64,000 bases of DNA from Candidatus Omnitrophota bacterium (lineage in GTDB: Bacteria > Omnitrophota > Gorgyraeia > Zapsychrales > Zapsychraceae), in assembly GCA_003528115.1 (NCBI GenBank), contig DOGZ01000004.1:572-64571 (forward strand). Direction: 5' to 3'. Under the pieces are notes generated by a model. The model had not been told where the DNA came from and did no database searches. It worked only from the letters and a program-made list of their open reading frames with translations. The position numbers were made by a program, and so were the translations under genes. Numbering within the stretch: the first letter of the stretch is position 1; every line of letters starts with the position of its first letter. Below, piece after piece: positions 31,313 to 40,738 of the stretch.

Positions 31313-33151
31313 TTATACTGAGGCGAGCGTAGAAAGTGAATGCGGGAAGATATGGCGATGTTTAGCTATAAAATGATCAATTTTCTTTTTAAAAGACTGC
31401 AACTCTTCTAAGGCTTTATTTTTATGCTCTTGGGTTTCATCGAGCATTTTAGGAAATAGTTTTTTGTAATATTCAATCCCCTCCAATAAATTATTCTTAA
31501 ACTCATTTAAGTGCGCTATTTGTTTCTCCGTCGGTTTAAGGGTGAGTTTCTTGACTTCCTTTATAAAATAATCCATGTATAAATTTAATTCTTTGATGAA
31601 CATATGAGACCGTTGTTGGGTATTTAATAAATTCACCCGCCCGTAAATGTGGCCAACCATATCCGCAAGAGAAACGATCTTTGAAAAATAGGCGATATTC
31701 GGCCCGGGACAAACGGCTGTAAATTCCTGAGCGTTATTCCTGCTTAATTGGTAATTAATTAATGGGGAGGCCGCTAAATCATGACAAATACAAGATTTGT
31801 TTACTATTGCATCATGTTGGATTTTGTAAGTCTCAGAATCAAGGTCCATTTGAAGCAATTGGTCTAATTTTAATTTTTGATATTGTCTGGAAGCGGTACA
31901 AATAGGTTTCTCGGTAAATTCCGTATTGGAGACAAGATAACCTTTAAGGCAGGCGCTTCCAGCCCGTCCTTTTTCAATACGTCTAAATTTTTTTATTTCA
32001 CTTAAAGAGGCCTTGAGGTTATTAAAAGGGACGCCTAAAGGAGAGACATCGCTCAGTTCGACATCCTCCTCACCGGCAGCGCACAATTTTTCCAGTGTTT
32101 CTGGATCGACACTCGTGGTTTCGGGAACGAGAAGAAATGGGGTCCCCCACCCGGCTGATTCAAGTTGATAATAGGACAACAAAAAATTATGTTCTTGATG
32201 TGTGCCAATGCCTCCTTGAGCGGTAATTTTAATAGGATGAGGATGGTTGAAGGTTTTTTCATTTCTTAATTTTAAAGCGGCTTCGTAGATGTCCTGCAGG
32301 GTTTGAATAAATTCCTGTCTTTTGGTCTTGAATTCTTCGAGGATGGGCCCCATCAAAGAGCCGTTTGAGGCGAAGGCGTGCCCTCCGCAATTTAGTCCGG
32401 ATTCGACGCGATATTCTGAGACCCAGATGCCTTTTTGAGCGAAAAACTTTCCCTGGATGATGGAGGAACGATAATCGGTTACTTTAAGGACAATTCTTTT
32501 CTTGATAAATCCGCTGGCGTCGGCATAAAAGTCCTTGAATTTTTCAACGTAACTATACAGTTTTCGATTAATGCCGGCGGAGAAAACAACAGCCGAATTT
32601 AAAGTGCTCTTGGCATAACCGCGTAATGCTGCGAGGGCGTCGGAGAATTCAGAAGGGAGAGGCGTATTATCTTTCCCGTAGTTCAGCCGATCCAGTTTCG
32701 TCATAATATTGACATCAATCGCGCCGGGTCTCATCTGTGAACGGAGTTGGTCTTGCATGTTTTTCTTTAGAACCGGATCTTGCGCAGCGAGCATTTGATG
32801 ATAGAGAGTCTTTAAAGGAGAGGTTTCGGGGAGCATTTCAAAATATTTCGTGATCTCAGTGTTTATTTCAAAACAAGAAGATTTCACCTCTTCAAAGTTC
32901 TTCTTAACGATACGGTCAAGCAAGTCCAGGTAGGCCGTGATGCGTCTCGCCCGGTAATCCTCGTCATTTTGCGTGATAGGAATATAATTCTCCTCCATAA
33001 CGCCACAATAATATTGACGCATCTGTTCGATGAGTGTATCATCAACCAAAGAAATCACAGAGGATATTCCATATTGGGCGACTTTCACAGGTGTATTGAT
33101 GGTAAAGCCTGTCCCCATTACCGGGATATGGAATGTGTGTAAATCATTCAT
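31313..33151 (-). CDS. Large hypothetical protein (612 aa). Weak resemblance to FMN/TIM-barrel oxidoreductase loops (NCGGHAFASNGS, AQGGIGTHQE). The function is unknown.
   Basis: No definitive family motif recognised. Divergent from the BioB-like gene. Confidence 0.4.
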   Translation of the reverse strand: MNDLHTFHIPVMGTGFTINTPVKVAQYGISSVISLVDDTLIEQMRQYYCGVMEENYIPITQNDEDYRARRITAYLDLLDRIVKKNFEEVKSSCFEINTEITKYFEMLPETSPLKTLYHQMLAAQDPVLKKNMQDQLRSQMRPGAIDVNIMTKLDRLNYGKDNTPLPSEFSDALAALRGYAKSTLNSAVVFSAGINRKLYSYVEKFKDFYADASGFIKKRIVLKVTDYRSSIIQGKFFAQKGIWVSEYRVESGLNCGGHAFASNGSLMGPILEEFKTKRQEFIQTLQDIYEAALKLRNEKTFNHPHPIKITAQGGIGTHQEHNFLLSYYQLESAGWGTPFLLVPETTSVDPETLEKLCAAGEEDVELSDVSPLGVPFNNLKASLSEIKKFRRIEKGRAGSACLKGYLVSNTEFTEKPICTASRQYQKLKLDQLLQMDLDSETYKIQHDAIVNKSCICHDLAASPLINYQLSRNNAQEFTAVCPGPNIAYFSKIVSLADMVGHIYGRVNLLNTQQRSHMFIKELNLYMDYFIKEVKKLTLKPTEKQIAHLNEFKNNLLEGIEYYKKLFPKMLDETQEHKNKALEELQSFKKKIDHFIAKHRHIFPHSLSTLASV

Positions 33152-33314
33152 GAGTAACTCCTTAAGAAACTTTATTCATTTAATAAATTTCACTTTCAGT
33201 ATAATGAATAACTTATAAATTACAAGGACTTTATTCTTACACAGATCTGTGAAAAGTATAATTTTAAGCGCAATTACCCTTGGTTAACGCGTAACGATCA
33301 ATTGAGGATGACCC

Positions 33315-34415
33315 ATGAATAATGATTTTTATGCCCAACTTGTAAACACCAGTTTGAAGGGAAGAGCGTTCACTGAAGAAATCTTACATGCCATTTTAAC
33401 CTCCCAGGACATTGAGCTCTTACCCTTACTCAACGCGGCTTTTGAGATCCGAACAAGATTTCATGGTCAAGCGGTGACGATCCACATCATCAACAACGCG
33501 CAAAACGGGTATTGCCCTGAAGATTGTCACTATTGTGTTCAGGCCAAATCCTCTCGGGCAGATATTGAGGAATATCCCCTAAAGTCTGATGAGGAAATCT
33601 TGGCTGAAGCCAAGAGCGCTTATGAAAAGGGCGCGTATCGTTATTGTATGGTCTTTGCCGGCCGTGAACCGTCTCAAAAACGTGTGGAACATCTTTCAAG
33701 GCTTATACGGGATATTAAATTAAAGTTCCCTATCGAAGTTTGCGTTTCGCCTGGCATTATCGACCTGGAAAAGGCGCGGTTACTTAAGAAAGCTGGTTTG
33801 GACCGTCTGAATCACAATCTGAATACATCTCAACAGAATTATCCCAATATTTGTACAACGCACACCTTCGAGGATCGAATTAATACATTAAGAGCGGCTC
33901 GACAGGCGGAACTGCAGTTATGTTCAGGGGTGATCATCGGAATGGGAGAGAAAGCCTCGGATATCATTGAAATGGCTAGGACATTGAGAGAAATGAACGT
34001 TGAATCTATTCCGGTCAATTTTTTTATCCCCATAGAAGGGACTCAATTAAAGGAACAACCGGCGCTTGATCCGGCCTATTGTTTGCGTGTCTTGTGTTTG
34101 TTCCGATTTGTTAATCCTGAGGCGGATATCCGTATGGCCGCGGGCAGGGAGATTTATCTGCGTCAAATGGAAGTCATGGGGTTGTATCCGGCAAACTCTT
34201 TATTTATGGAGGGTTACCTGAACACTAAGGGGACAAGTCGAAGCCAAACCTTGCAGATGATTAAAGACGCTGGATTTTCGATTCGATCAGAATACTCTCT
34301 TGATGACCTTTTGAGAGAAGAAAAATCTCCGTCATGTCCACCATCGGACAGCGCGACAAAATCTCTGATAAAAGGATTAAAAGATTTGAGACCGCACCTG
34401 CTCGTTCAAGAGTAA
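33315..34415 (+). CDS. bioB: Biotin-synthase-like radical SAM protein (BioB family) with a roughly 50 aa C-terminal extension.
   Basis: CPEDCHYC (CxxxCxxC), YRYCMVFAGREP, NHNLNTS (BioB YNHNLDTS), CSGVIIGMGE and SIPVNFFIP blocks collinear with E. coli BioB. Confidence 0.65.
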   Translation: MNNDFYAQLVNTSLKGRAFTEEILHAILTSQDIELLPLLNAAFEIRTRFHGQAVTIHIINNAQNGYCPEDCHYCVQAKSSRADIEEYPLKSDEEILAEAKSAYEKGAYRYCMVFAGREPSQKRVEHLSRLIRDIKLKFPIEVCVSPGIIDLEKARLLKKAGLDRLNHNLNTSQQNYPNICTTHTFEDRINTLRAARQAELQLCSGVIIGMGEKASDIIEMARTLREMNVESIPVNFFIPIEGTQLKEQPALDPAYCLRVLCLFRFVNPEADIRMAAGREIYLRQMEVMGLYPANSLFMEGYLNTKGTSRSQTLQMIKDAGFSIRSEYSLDDLLREEKSPSCPPSDSATKSLIKGLKDLRPHLLVQE

Positions 34416-34470
34416 TCTTTTTCAAAATGAATAAGCCCCTCTGTTTGCGGATAAAAAAATAATTTTAGTG

Positions 34471-34498
34471 TTGCCAAGATTGAGGTAAATGTTATATT
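34471..34498 (+). promoter_or_regulatory. Sigma70-like promoter: TTGCCA, a 16 bp spacer, then TATATT. It sits upstream of the 2-oxoacid:ferredoxin oxidoreductase genes.
   Basis: ttgccaagattgaggtaaatgttatatt, about 50 nt upstream of the start codon. Confidence 0.45.
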
Positions 34499-34546
34499 AA
34501 GCTAAAATATTTTTTATAAAAAATTATTTCTTTATCGAGGTGAAAT

Positions 34547-36370
34547 ATGAGTACTGAAAAACGAAAAGTAGTGCGATTTGAGCTGCTCATGGATGCTGGT
34601 TTCGGCGCCCAGAAGATCGGCGATATCTTAATTCAGGCCATGGCTAAGACGGGCCGCTATGTTTATATTGAGCCCATGATCCCGGCAGAAATCAGTCCGC
34701 CGCCAAGAACACGTGCCGCCTTGTCCGGAGTCATCATCCGTGTGGGGGATTTTGATATCACCAATATCGGCAATAACACCGATGTTATTTTGGCCGCTCA
34801 TGAAATTGTGCTGGATCGCAGACTGGATGATGAGGAGCACAATCCGCATTGCCACATCTTATTAGACATCGGAGAAAAGAAAAACAATGAGGAATCCTAT
34901 GAGCAGGTCTGCAAACGCGTCACTAAATTAGGATTGAATTTATATCCCTTTGAAATTACGTCCGAGGCGAGCTTGCTCGTTAAATCTCTCGGCGGAAAAG
35001 GTAAGAATATGTTTTATATGGGGATGCTTGGATGCATTTATAACGCCTCTGTTGACGCGATTATTAATGAAATTAAACTGACGTTCGGTAAAAAACTAGA
35101 AGAAAGCGTATTAGAGAAAAATATTCAAATATTCCGTTACGGGTATCAATTCGCGAAAGAAAATATCACTTTGTCTTATGAGATTGAACCAACGGCCAAG
35201 AGTGATACGGAAAAAATTCTTATTGATGGCAATTCCGCCCTGGCCATGGGTATTGTTGACGCCGGTATAAAGCTCATCAGCGGTTATCCCATAACTCCAG
35301 CAACATCTATTTTGCATACCTTGGCGCGCACTCTTCCATCTTATGGAGGATTAGTTCATCAGGCCGAAGATGAAATTGCGGCCATCGGAACCGCCATCGG
35401 GGCCTATTTTGGCGGCGTTCCTTCAATCACGTGCACCTCAGGCCCGGGATTATCTCTTAAGCAAGAATTCATTGGTTACGCCACGGCCGCGGAAGTTCCT
35501 CTTATCCTTGTTGACGTCCAGAGATCCGGCCCTTCGACGGGAATGGCGACGAAGACAGAACAGTCGGATCTTGGGGCAGTTATTTTTGGCTGTCACGGGG
35601 ACAATACCAAGGTTGTTGTCAGTGTGGCGAATGTCATAGATTGTTTCTATGCCCCGCAATTTGCCCGTTATTTAGCCGAAAAACTCCGTTTACCCGTGTT
35701 TATCATGAGCGATTTTCAGACGGCTAATAGTTATAAAGTGATCAAAAAACTTCAAGTCAATGAAATGGAAAATGTGGATGACATTAAAGATTTTGTCCTG
35801 GAACGTTTTCATATGAACAGATTGCCGGATCAAATTGAGATGGTGCGTACTAGTCAAGATGCTCCTGGAACTCCGGGCGGGATGCGACGCGTCACAGGGC
35901 TTAACACGGACGCCTCTGGTCAGGTCAATTATTTTGCAGGGGCCAATCAGCGTTCCCATACCATCCGTAACGAAAAAGTGCATATCGTCCGACGGGCTTT
36001 AACCGCTCCTGAGAGATTCGGCCTGGAACAGGGGGAAATCTTAGTGGTGGGATGGGGGAGTACGCGAGGGGCTATTGAAGAGGCGGTGGATATGTGTATC
36101 AACCAAAAACTGCCTGTCGGCGGTATGCATTTCCGCGTTGTTTATCCATTGCCGCTCATGCTGAAAGAGATTTTTTCAAAATACAAGCATGTTGTCACCG
36201 TTGAAGCGGCCTACGGCGATTCTTATAAACCTTCTCCGTTGGCCACGCTTTTGCGGGCGGAAACACTTGTGGATGTCAGACCAATGATCTCAAGGGCTAC
36301 GGGACGACCGATACGCCCTCGAATTATTTTAGAAAAAACAAAGGAGATTTTAAATGGCCACTCAAATTGA
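34547..36370 (+). CDS. korA: 2-oxoacid:ferredoxin oxidoreductase alpha subunit (fused gamma/alpha type, KorA/OorA-like).
   Basis: 607 aa, which is the length of the fused two-subunit OFOR alpha subunit. Followed by a TPP-binding beta subunit that overlaps by 17 bp. Confidence 0.8.
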   Translation: MSTEKRKVVRFELLMDAGFGAQKIGDILIQAMAKTGRYVYIEPMIPAEISPPPRTRAALSGVIIRVGDFDITNIGNNTDVILAAHEIVLDRRLDDEEHNPHCHILLDIGEKKNNEESYEQVCKRVTKLGLNLYPFEITSEASLLVKSLGGKGKNMFYMGMLGCIYNASVDAIINEIKLTFGKKLEESVLEKNIQIFRYGYQFAKENITLSYEIEPTAKSDTEKILIDGNSALAMGIVDAGIKLISGYPITPATSILHTLARTLPSYGGLVHQAEDEIAAIGTAIGAYFGGVPSITCTSGPGLSLKQEFIGYATAAEVPLILVDVQRSGPSTGMATKTEQSDLGAVIFGCHGDNTKVVVSVANVIDCFYAPQFARYLAEKLRLPVFIMSDFQTANSYKVIKKLQVNEMENVDDIKDFVLERFHMNRLPDQIEMVRTSQDAPGTPGGMRRVTGLNTDASGQVNYFAGANQRSHTIRNEKVHIVRRALTAPERFGLEQGEILVVGWGSTRGAIEEAVDMCINQKLPVGGMHFRVVYPLPLMLKEIFSKYKHVVTVEAAYGDSYKPSPLATLLRAETLVDVRPMISRATGRPIRPRIILEKTKEILNGHSN

Positions 36371-37274
36371 TGTTATGCCATCCAATGATCCATTTACCAT
36401 GAAGGACCTGAACACCGAACATCCGCGCTGGTGTGTCGGCTGCGGCGATTTTGGGATTATCATGGGATTAAAACGATTTATGGTTGAAAAACAGATACAG
36501 CCGCATATGACCGTTAATGTTTCGGGCATTGGCTGTTCCGGACGGGCTCCGTTTTATTTTAATACATACGGAATTCACGCCATCCATGGCCGTGCCATTA
36601 CGGTGGCCTTAGGGTTAGCCCTCACGAGACCGGATCTGAATATTTTTATTCATTCAGGAGACGGGGACGCCATGAGTATTGGAGGCAACCATCTTCTCCA
36701 TGGGATTAACAAGAATTTTAACTGCGTGTTTATCATGTATGACAATGAATTGTATTCGTTAACTAAAGGTCAGACATCTCCGACAACACGGAAAGGACAC
36801 CCCACGCAGACTCAACCCCTGGGGACCATGTTGGACCCGCTTAATCCCATCAGTTTTGTCCTGGGCGCGGGGGCTTCTTTCGCGGCAAGGACTGCGGATT
36901 GGATGCCGGATCATTTAACCAGCACATTAAAAGCGGCTTTTGATCACAAGGGGTTTTCCTTCGTTCATGTCTCCCAGAGATGTCCGCACTTCGATCCGGA
37001 AAACTTTGACCATAAAACAACCAATTGGTTTTCTTTCATTATCCATGAAAAAGGCATCCCTGCGGATAAACGTGTCGCCGAAAAAGTGGAAGTCATCACG
37101 CATGATCCATCCAACAAAGAAGAGGCGTTTAAACTGGCCAATCGTAAACATGCGTACTTTGGACTTTTTTATCATGATCCCCAGAAGCCCTGTTACGATG
37201 AGTTGTTACGCCGTCAAGTCAAAGAGGCCAAGCCTAAACCTCGATCAGGGATATTAGATAGTTTCAAAATCTAA
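36354..37274 (+). CDS. korB: 2-oxoacid:ferredoxin oxidoreductase beta subunit (TPP-binding).
   Basis: WCVGCGDFGI N-terminal motif and the TPP-binding GDGD block (SGDGDAMSIGGNHL). Confidence 0.8.
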   Translation: MATQIDVMPSNDPFTMKDLNTEHPRWCVGCGDFGIIMGLKRFMVEKQIQPHMTVNVSGIGCSGRAPFYFNTYGIHAIHGRAITVALGLALTRPDLNIFIHSGDGDAMSIGGNHLLHGINKNFNCVFIMYDNELYSLTKGQTSPTTRKGHPTQTQPLGTMLDPLNPISFVLGAGASFAARTADWMPDHLTSTLKAAFDHKGFSFVHVSQRCPHFDPENFDHKTTNWFSFIIHEKGIPADKRVAEKVEVITHDPSNKEEAFKLANRKHAYFGLFYHDPQKPCYDELLRRQVKEAKPKPRSGILDSFKI

Positions 37275-37312
37275 TAACAACACAGTTACCTTATTCCCTA
37301 TCCAAATTAATT

Positions 37313-38251
37313 ATGGAAAGACTTATTATTATAGGATCCGGCCCCGCAGCACATACAGCCGCCATTTACGCCGGACGGGCGCAGTTGGAACCTTTGCTTT
37401 TTGAGGGAATGATGGCCGGTGGAGTTGCCGCGGGAGGGCAATTAACGACGACGACCGAGGTGGAAAACTTTCCAGGTTTTCCTGAAGGCATTTCAGGCCC
37501 CGAGTTGATGTCGCGCATGCGCCAGCAATCCGTTCATTGCGGAACGCGAATCAAAACAATCACCGTAGATAAGGTCAATCTAAAAGTAAAACCCTTCCAA
37601 GTAGTGGCGGGTAAGGATACCATTGAAACAAAATCAATTATTATCGCCACGGGAGCCACCGCCCAACGCATGAATGTCTTGGGAGAAGACCGATTGTGGC
37701 AGAAAGGCATCTCCGCATGTGCCGTCTGTGACGGAGCCCTGCCCATTTTTCGCAATAAAGTTTTAGTTATTGTGGGCGGCGGCGATTCAGCAATTGAAGA
37801 AGCCACCCATTTGACCACATACGCCCAAAAAGTCATCATGTTGGTTCGTCGAGATGTTTTTCGTGCCTCTAAAGCCATGCAGACCAGGGCCCAGGCTAAT
37901 CATAAGATTGAAATCCTGTGGAACACAGAACTCAAGGAAGTTTTAGGGGATCGCGTCTTAACAAGTGTTAAAGTCGTCAATAATAAAACAAATAGGGAAT
38001 CCGTCCTTGAGGTAGGAGGTTTGTTTTATGCCATCGGCCACAAACCTAATACCGACTTTCTTGAGGACCAGCTTAATCTGGATGAGACCGGATACATCCT
38101 CACACGCCAAGGAACAACACTAACAAGCGTAGAAGGCGTCTTTGCCTGCGGTGATGTCCAGGATAGGAAATACCGCCAAGCCATAACGGCCGCTGGGACA
38201 GGTTGCATGGCGGCTCTTGAGGCAGAACATTACTTATCAACACATTCTTAA
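37313..38251 (+). CDS. trxB: Thioredoxin-disulfide reductase.
   Basis: IIGSGPAAHTAA FAD motif, CAVCDG redox-active disulfide, GGGDSA NADPH motif. Confidence 0.9.
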   Translation: MERLIIIGSGPAAHTAAIYAGRAQLEPLLFEGMMAGGVAAGGQLTTTTEVENFPGFPEGISGPELMSRMRQQSVHCGTRIKTITVDKVNLKVKPFQVVAGKDTIETKSIIIATGATAQRMNVLGEDRLWQKGISACAVCDGALPIFRNKVLVIVGGGDSAIEEATHLTTYAQKVIMLVRRDVFRASKAMQTRAQANHKIEILWNTELKEVLGDRVLTSVKVVNNKTNRESVLEVGGLFYAIGHKPNTDFLEDQLNLDETGYILTRQGTTLTSVEGVFACGDVQDRKYRQAITAAGTGCMAALEAEHYLSTHS

Positions 38252-38302
38252 TTATTCTCTGCATTCACTCCCTTTTCTCTTCATTCCTCATAATTTTTGT
38301 TC

Positions 38303-38331
38303 TTGTTCTAAAATGCTTTTGTGTCTATAAT
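38303..38331 (+). promoter_or_regulatory. Candidate sigma70-like promoter (TTGTTC, a 17 bp spacer, then TATAAT) in the trxB-to-GGDEF intergenic region.
   Basis: ttgttctaaaatgcttttgtgtctataat. A strong intrinsic terminator lies about 90 nt downstream. Confidence 0.35.
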
Positions 38332-38418
38332 GTGGCTTGCCGAATTAATTGAATGATAAATTTTGAGGAATTTAGTTTATGCATATCCTAATCCTCAGAC
38401 AAAAATTATATTTTATTT

Positions 38419-38450
38419 AAGGGACGCCATAATCAGCGTCCCTTTTTTTA
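38419..38450 (+). terminator. Rho-independent terminator: a GGGACGC/GCGTCCC stem followed by T8.
   Basis: agggacgccataatcagcgtccctttttttat. Confidence 0.7.
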
Positions 38451-38540
38451 TATGAAATGACTGACTGCCCCAAAAATAATGGAAGACTATAGCCGTCAGC
38501 CCAAACTTACCTGTTCAGCAACAACCTTTAAAATCTTTCT

Positions 38541-39935
38541 ATGTTAAACGAGGAAGAGTTATTAAGTATTATTACAAACACTGCGGATCATGTCATGGTC
38601 ACGGATCCTCATGGCAGAATTCTTTATGTGAACGCGGCATTTGAAAAAGACACAGGATATACCGCTGAAGATGTCATAGGTCAGACACCGGAAATATTTT
38701 GTCCTGTGGATATCAATGAGAACTATCATCAACAGATCCGTTCAGCTCACCGGATATTCCGCGTCATCCGTCATGTTACGATCAATAAAAAGAAAAATAA
38801 CCAAATATATTACGTGGATCAAACGATCAGTCCCCTCAAGGACAAAAGCGGACAAACCGTGAGGCTCGTTTCTGTTTGTAAAGATATGACGGAACGTGTC
38901 AAGGCTGAACAACGGATCATCAAATTAAATAAGAAATTGGAAACTGAGAATTTCAAACTTGAACAGGTTTTGAGCATAGAACAAGGTTTAAACACCCTTC
39001 TTGATATTAACAAACTCGTTGATTTTGTCGTTGCTAAGACGGTACAAGTCCTCGAAGCCAGAAGGTGTTCCTTAATGCTTTGTGATGAAAAAGAACAGGA
39101 GTTATGTATCCGCGGCCATAATGGACTGGATGAAAATATCATAAAAGAAAGCAGGATTAAAATCGGCGGGCCTTCTATTGCTGGTCAAGTCGCCCAAAGC
39201 GGCACCCCAGTGTTGGTATCGGATGTTGAGAAGGATAGACGTTTTCTCAGAAAAAATAAATCCTATTATAGAAAGAAATCTTTTATTATTGTTCCCATTA
39301 AATTAGGTGATAATTTAATTGGTGTTATCAATGTCACGGAGAAGAGTTCTTCTAAAGAAAAGACTTTTACTGAACTTGATTTAAAGATTCTTCAGTTGAT
39401 CGCCCGCCAGGTCGCGGTCGCCATTGAAACCGCCAAACTATTTAGAGAAGTGAAATATTTAACGATCACCGATGCCTCCACCAATTTGTACAATTATCGT
39501 CATTTTACTAAAAGTTTGGATCATGAAATCAAGCGCGTGGAGTGTTTCCAGAGGCCGTTATGCCTTCTGATGATGTGCTTAGAAAACATTGGTCCAGATC
39601 ATTCGCCTTTTGCCCACCTGGAACATGACATCTTACTCAAAGAAGTAGGGAAGGTCATTAAAGAGAATCTGCATAATGTGGATACCGCTTATCATTACGT
39701 GGGTGATGAATTTGTTGTTATCTTACCTGAAACAATGACTTCAGACGCGGAAATGATCGCTGAAAAAATTTTGAGAAATTCTCTGGAACTCTCCTTTATG
39801 CAAAGTATGTCGTTAAATATCGGTATTGCTGAATACGGCGAGGGGATGAACCGCCGCGATTTGATCCTCAAGGCCAATTCAGCCCTCTATAAAGCCAAAA
39901 AAGACGGCAAAAACAAGATATGCGCCTATGCTTAA
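38541..39935 (+). CDS. PAS-GAF-GGDEF domain protein. The GGDEF motif is degenerate (VGDEF) and there is no RxxD I-site.
   Basis: N-terminal PAS-like region, a central GAF-like region, then a C-terminal diguanylate-cyclase-like domain with HYVGDEFVVILPE in place of RYGGEEF. Confidence 0.75.
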   Translation: MLNEEELLSIITNTADHVMVTDPHGRILYVNAAFEKDTGYTAEDVIGQTPEIFCPVDINENYHQQIRSAHRIFRVIRHVTINKKKNNQIYYVDQTISPLKDKSGQTVRLVSVCKDMTERVKAEQRIIKLNKKLETENFKLEQVLSIEQGLNTLLDINKLVDFVVAKTVQVLEARRCSLMLCDEKEQELCIRGHNGLDENIIKESRIKIGGPSIAGQVAQSGTPVLVSDVEKDRRFLRKNKSYYRKKSFIIVPIKLGDNLIGVINVTEKSSSKEKTFTELDLKILQLIARQVAVAIETAKLFREVKYLTITDASTNLYNYRHFTKSLDHEIKRVECFQRPLCLLMMCLENIGPDHSPFAHLEHDILLKEVGKVIKENLHNVDTAYHYVGDEFVVILPETMTSDAEMIAEKILRNSLELSFMQSMSLNIGIAEYGEGMNRRDLILKANSALYKAKKDGKNKICAYA

Positions 39936-40106
39936 CCCCTCTTAAAACCTTCCGCCGATCACAGTAAAATGACAATAAAGGACAAAAGGACAAAAATTGA
40001 AGCTTGTGAAGAACCCATCTTTAAGATATACTACCCCCACTTGGCGCGAGGTCATCCGGCATAAGTCCGGGCGCTCTTATAATCGTACTTTGTAACGGAG
40101 GTTAAT

Positions 40107-40673
40107 ATGAAAGCAAGAAATTCCATTATCCTTTATTTTGTCTTAATGGTCTCCAGCATCTTTCTCACGCCTTCACATGGGAGGACGTGTGATTCCCTAA
40201 AAGAAGAACAGTCCAAAAATTGGAATGTGAAGAAAATCTTTATTAAAAAAGCCCATTGTATTCTTGAAAATCAGAAGGGGCTTGGACTCTCCAGTGAGCA
40301 AATTGAAAAGATAAAAGAGCTGAAATCAAAGTCAGAAAAAGAGGATATCATGAATACGGCTGAAGTAGAATCCTTGGACGTTGACGTCAAAGCCGCGTTG
40401 ATGCAAGACGACACGGATGTCAAGGCCATCAACAAACTCATCGACAAGAAATTTGAGTTTAAAAAGGCAAAGATGAAAGATTGGGTAGAATCTTATGCCG
40501 CTTTAAAGAATATCTTGAATGATGATCAAAAGAAGAAAATGAAAGATTTATTTGCTTCGGGTTATTGTCATCTAAAAAAGGATGGCTGGTGCCCATTAGA
40601 GAAAAAGGGTGCCCCGAGCGATTGTCCTTTTTCAAAAAAAGAATCAGATCCCGCCGTAACGAAGACGCCATAA
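40107..40673 (+). CDS. Secreted, Lys-rich periplasmic protein with two LTXXQ-like motifs (Spy/CpxP/ZraP-like) and a Cys-rich C-terminus.
   Basis: Signal peptide MKARNSIILYFVLMVSSIFLTPSHG. LSSEQIEKIKEL and LNDDQKKKMKDL motifs. C-terminal CHLKKDGWCPLEKKGAPSDCPF. Confidence 0.4.
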   Translation: MKARNSIILYFVLMVSSIFLTPSHGRTCDSLKEEQSKNWNVKKIFIKKAHCILENQKGLGLSSEQIEKIKELKSKSEKEDIMNTAEVESLDVDVKAALMQDDTDVKAINKLIDKKFEFKKAKMKDWVESYAALKNILNDDQKKKMKDLFASGYCHLKKDGWCPLEKKGAPSDCPFSKKESDPAVTKTP

Positions 40674-40738
40674 AAGCTGATTTAATGACCTTCCAAACTT
40701 TGGGATAAAATATTCCCAATAAGACGCCCTTAAAAAAT

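Noticed and set aside
33152-33314. A possible BirA operator (bioO) between the BioB-like gene and its divergent neighbour.
   Set aside because: Only short GTTAAC and ACGCGT palindromes are present. There is no convincing TGTAAACC-type inverted repeat.
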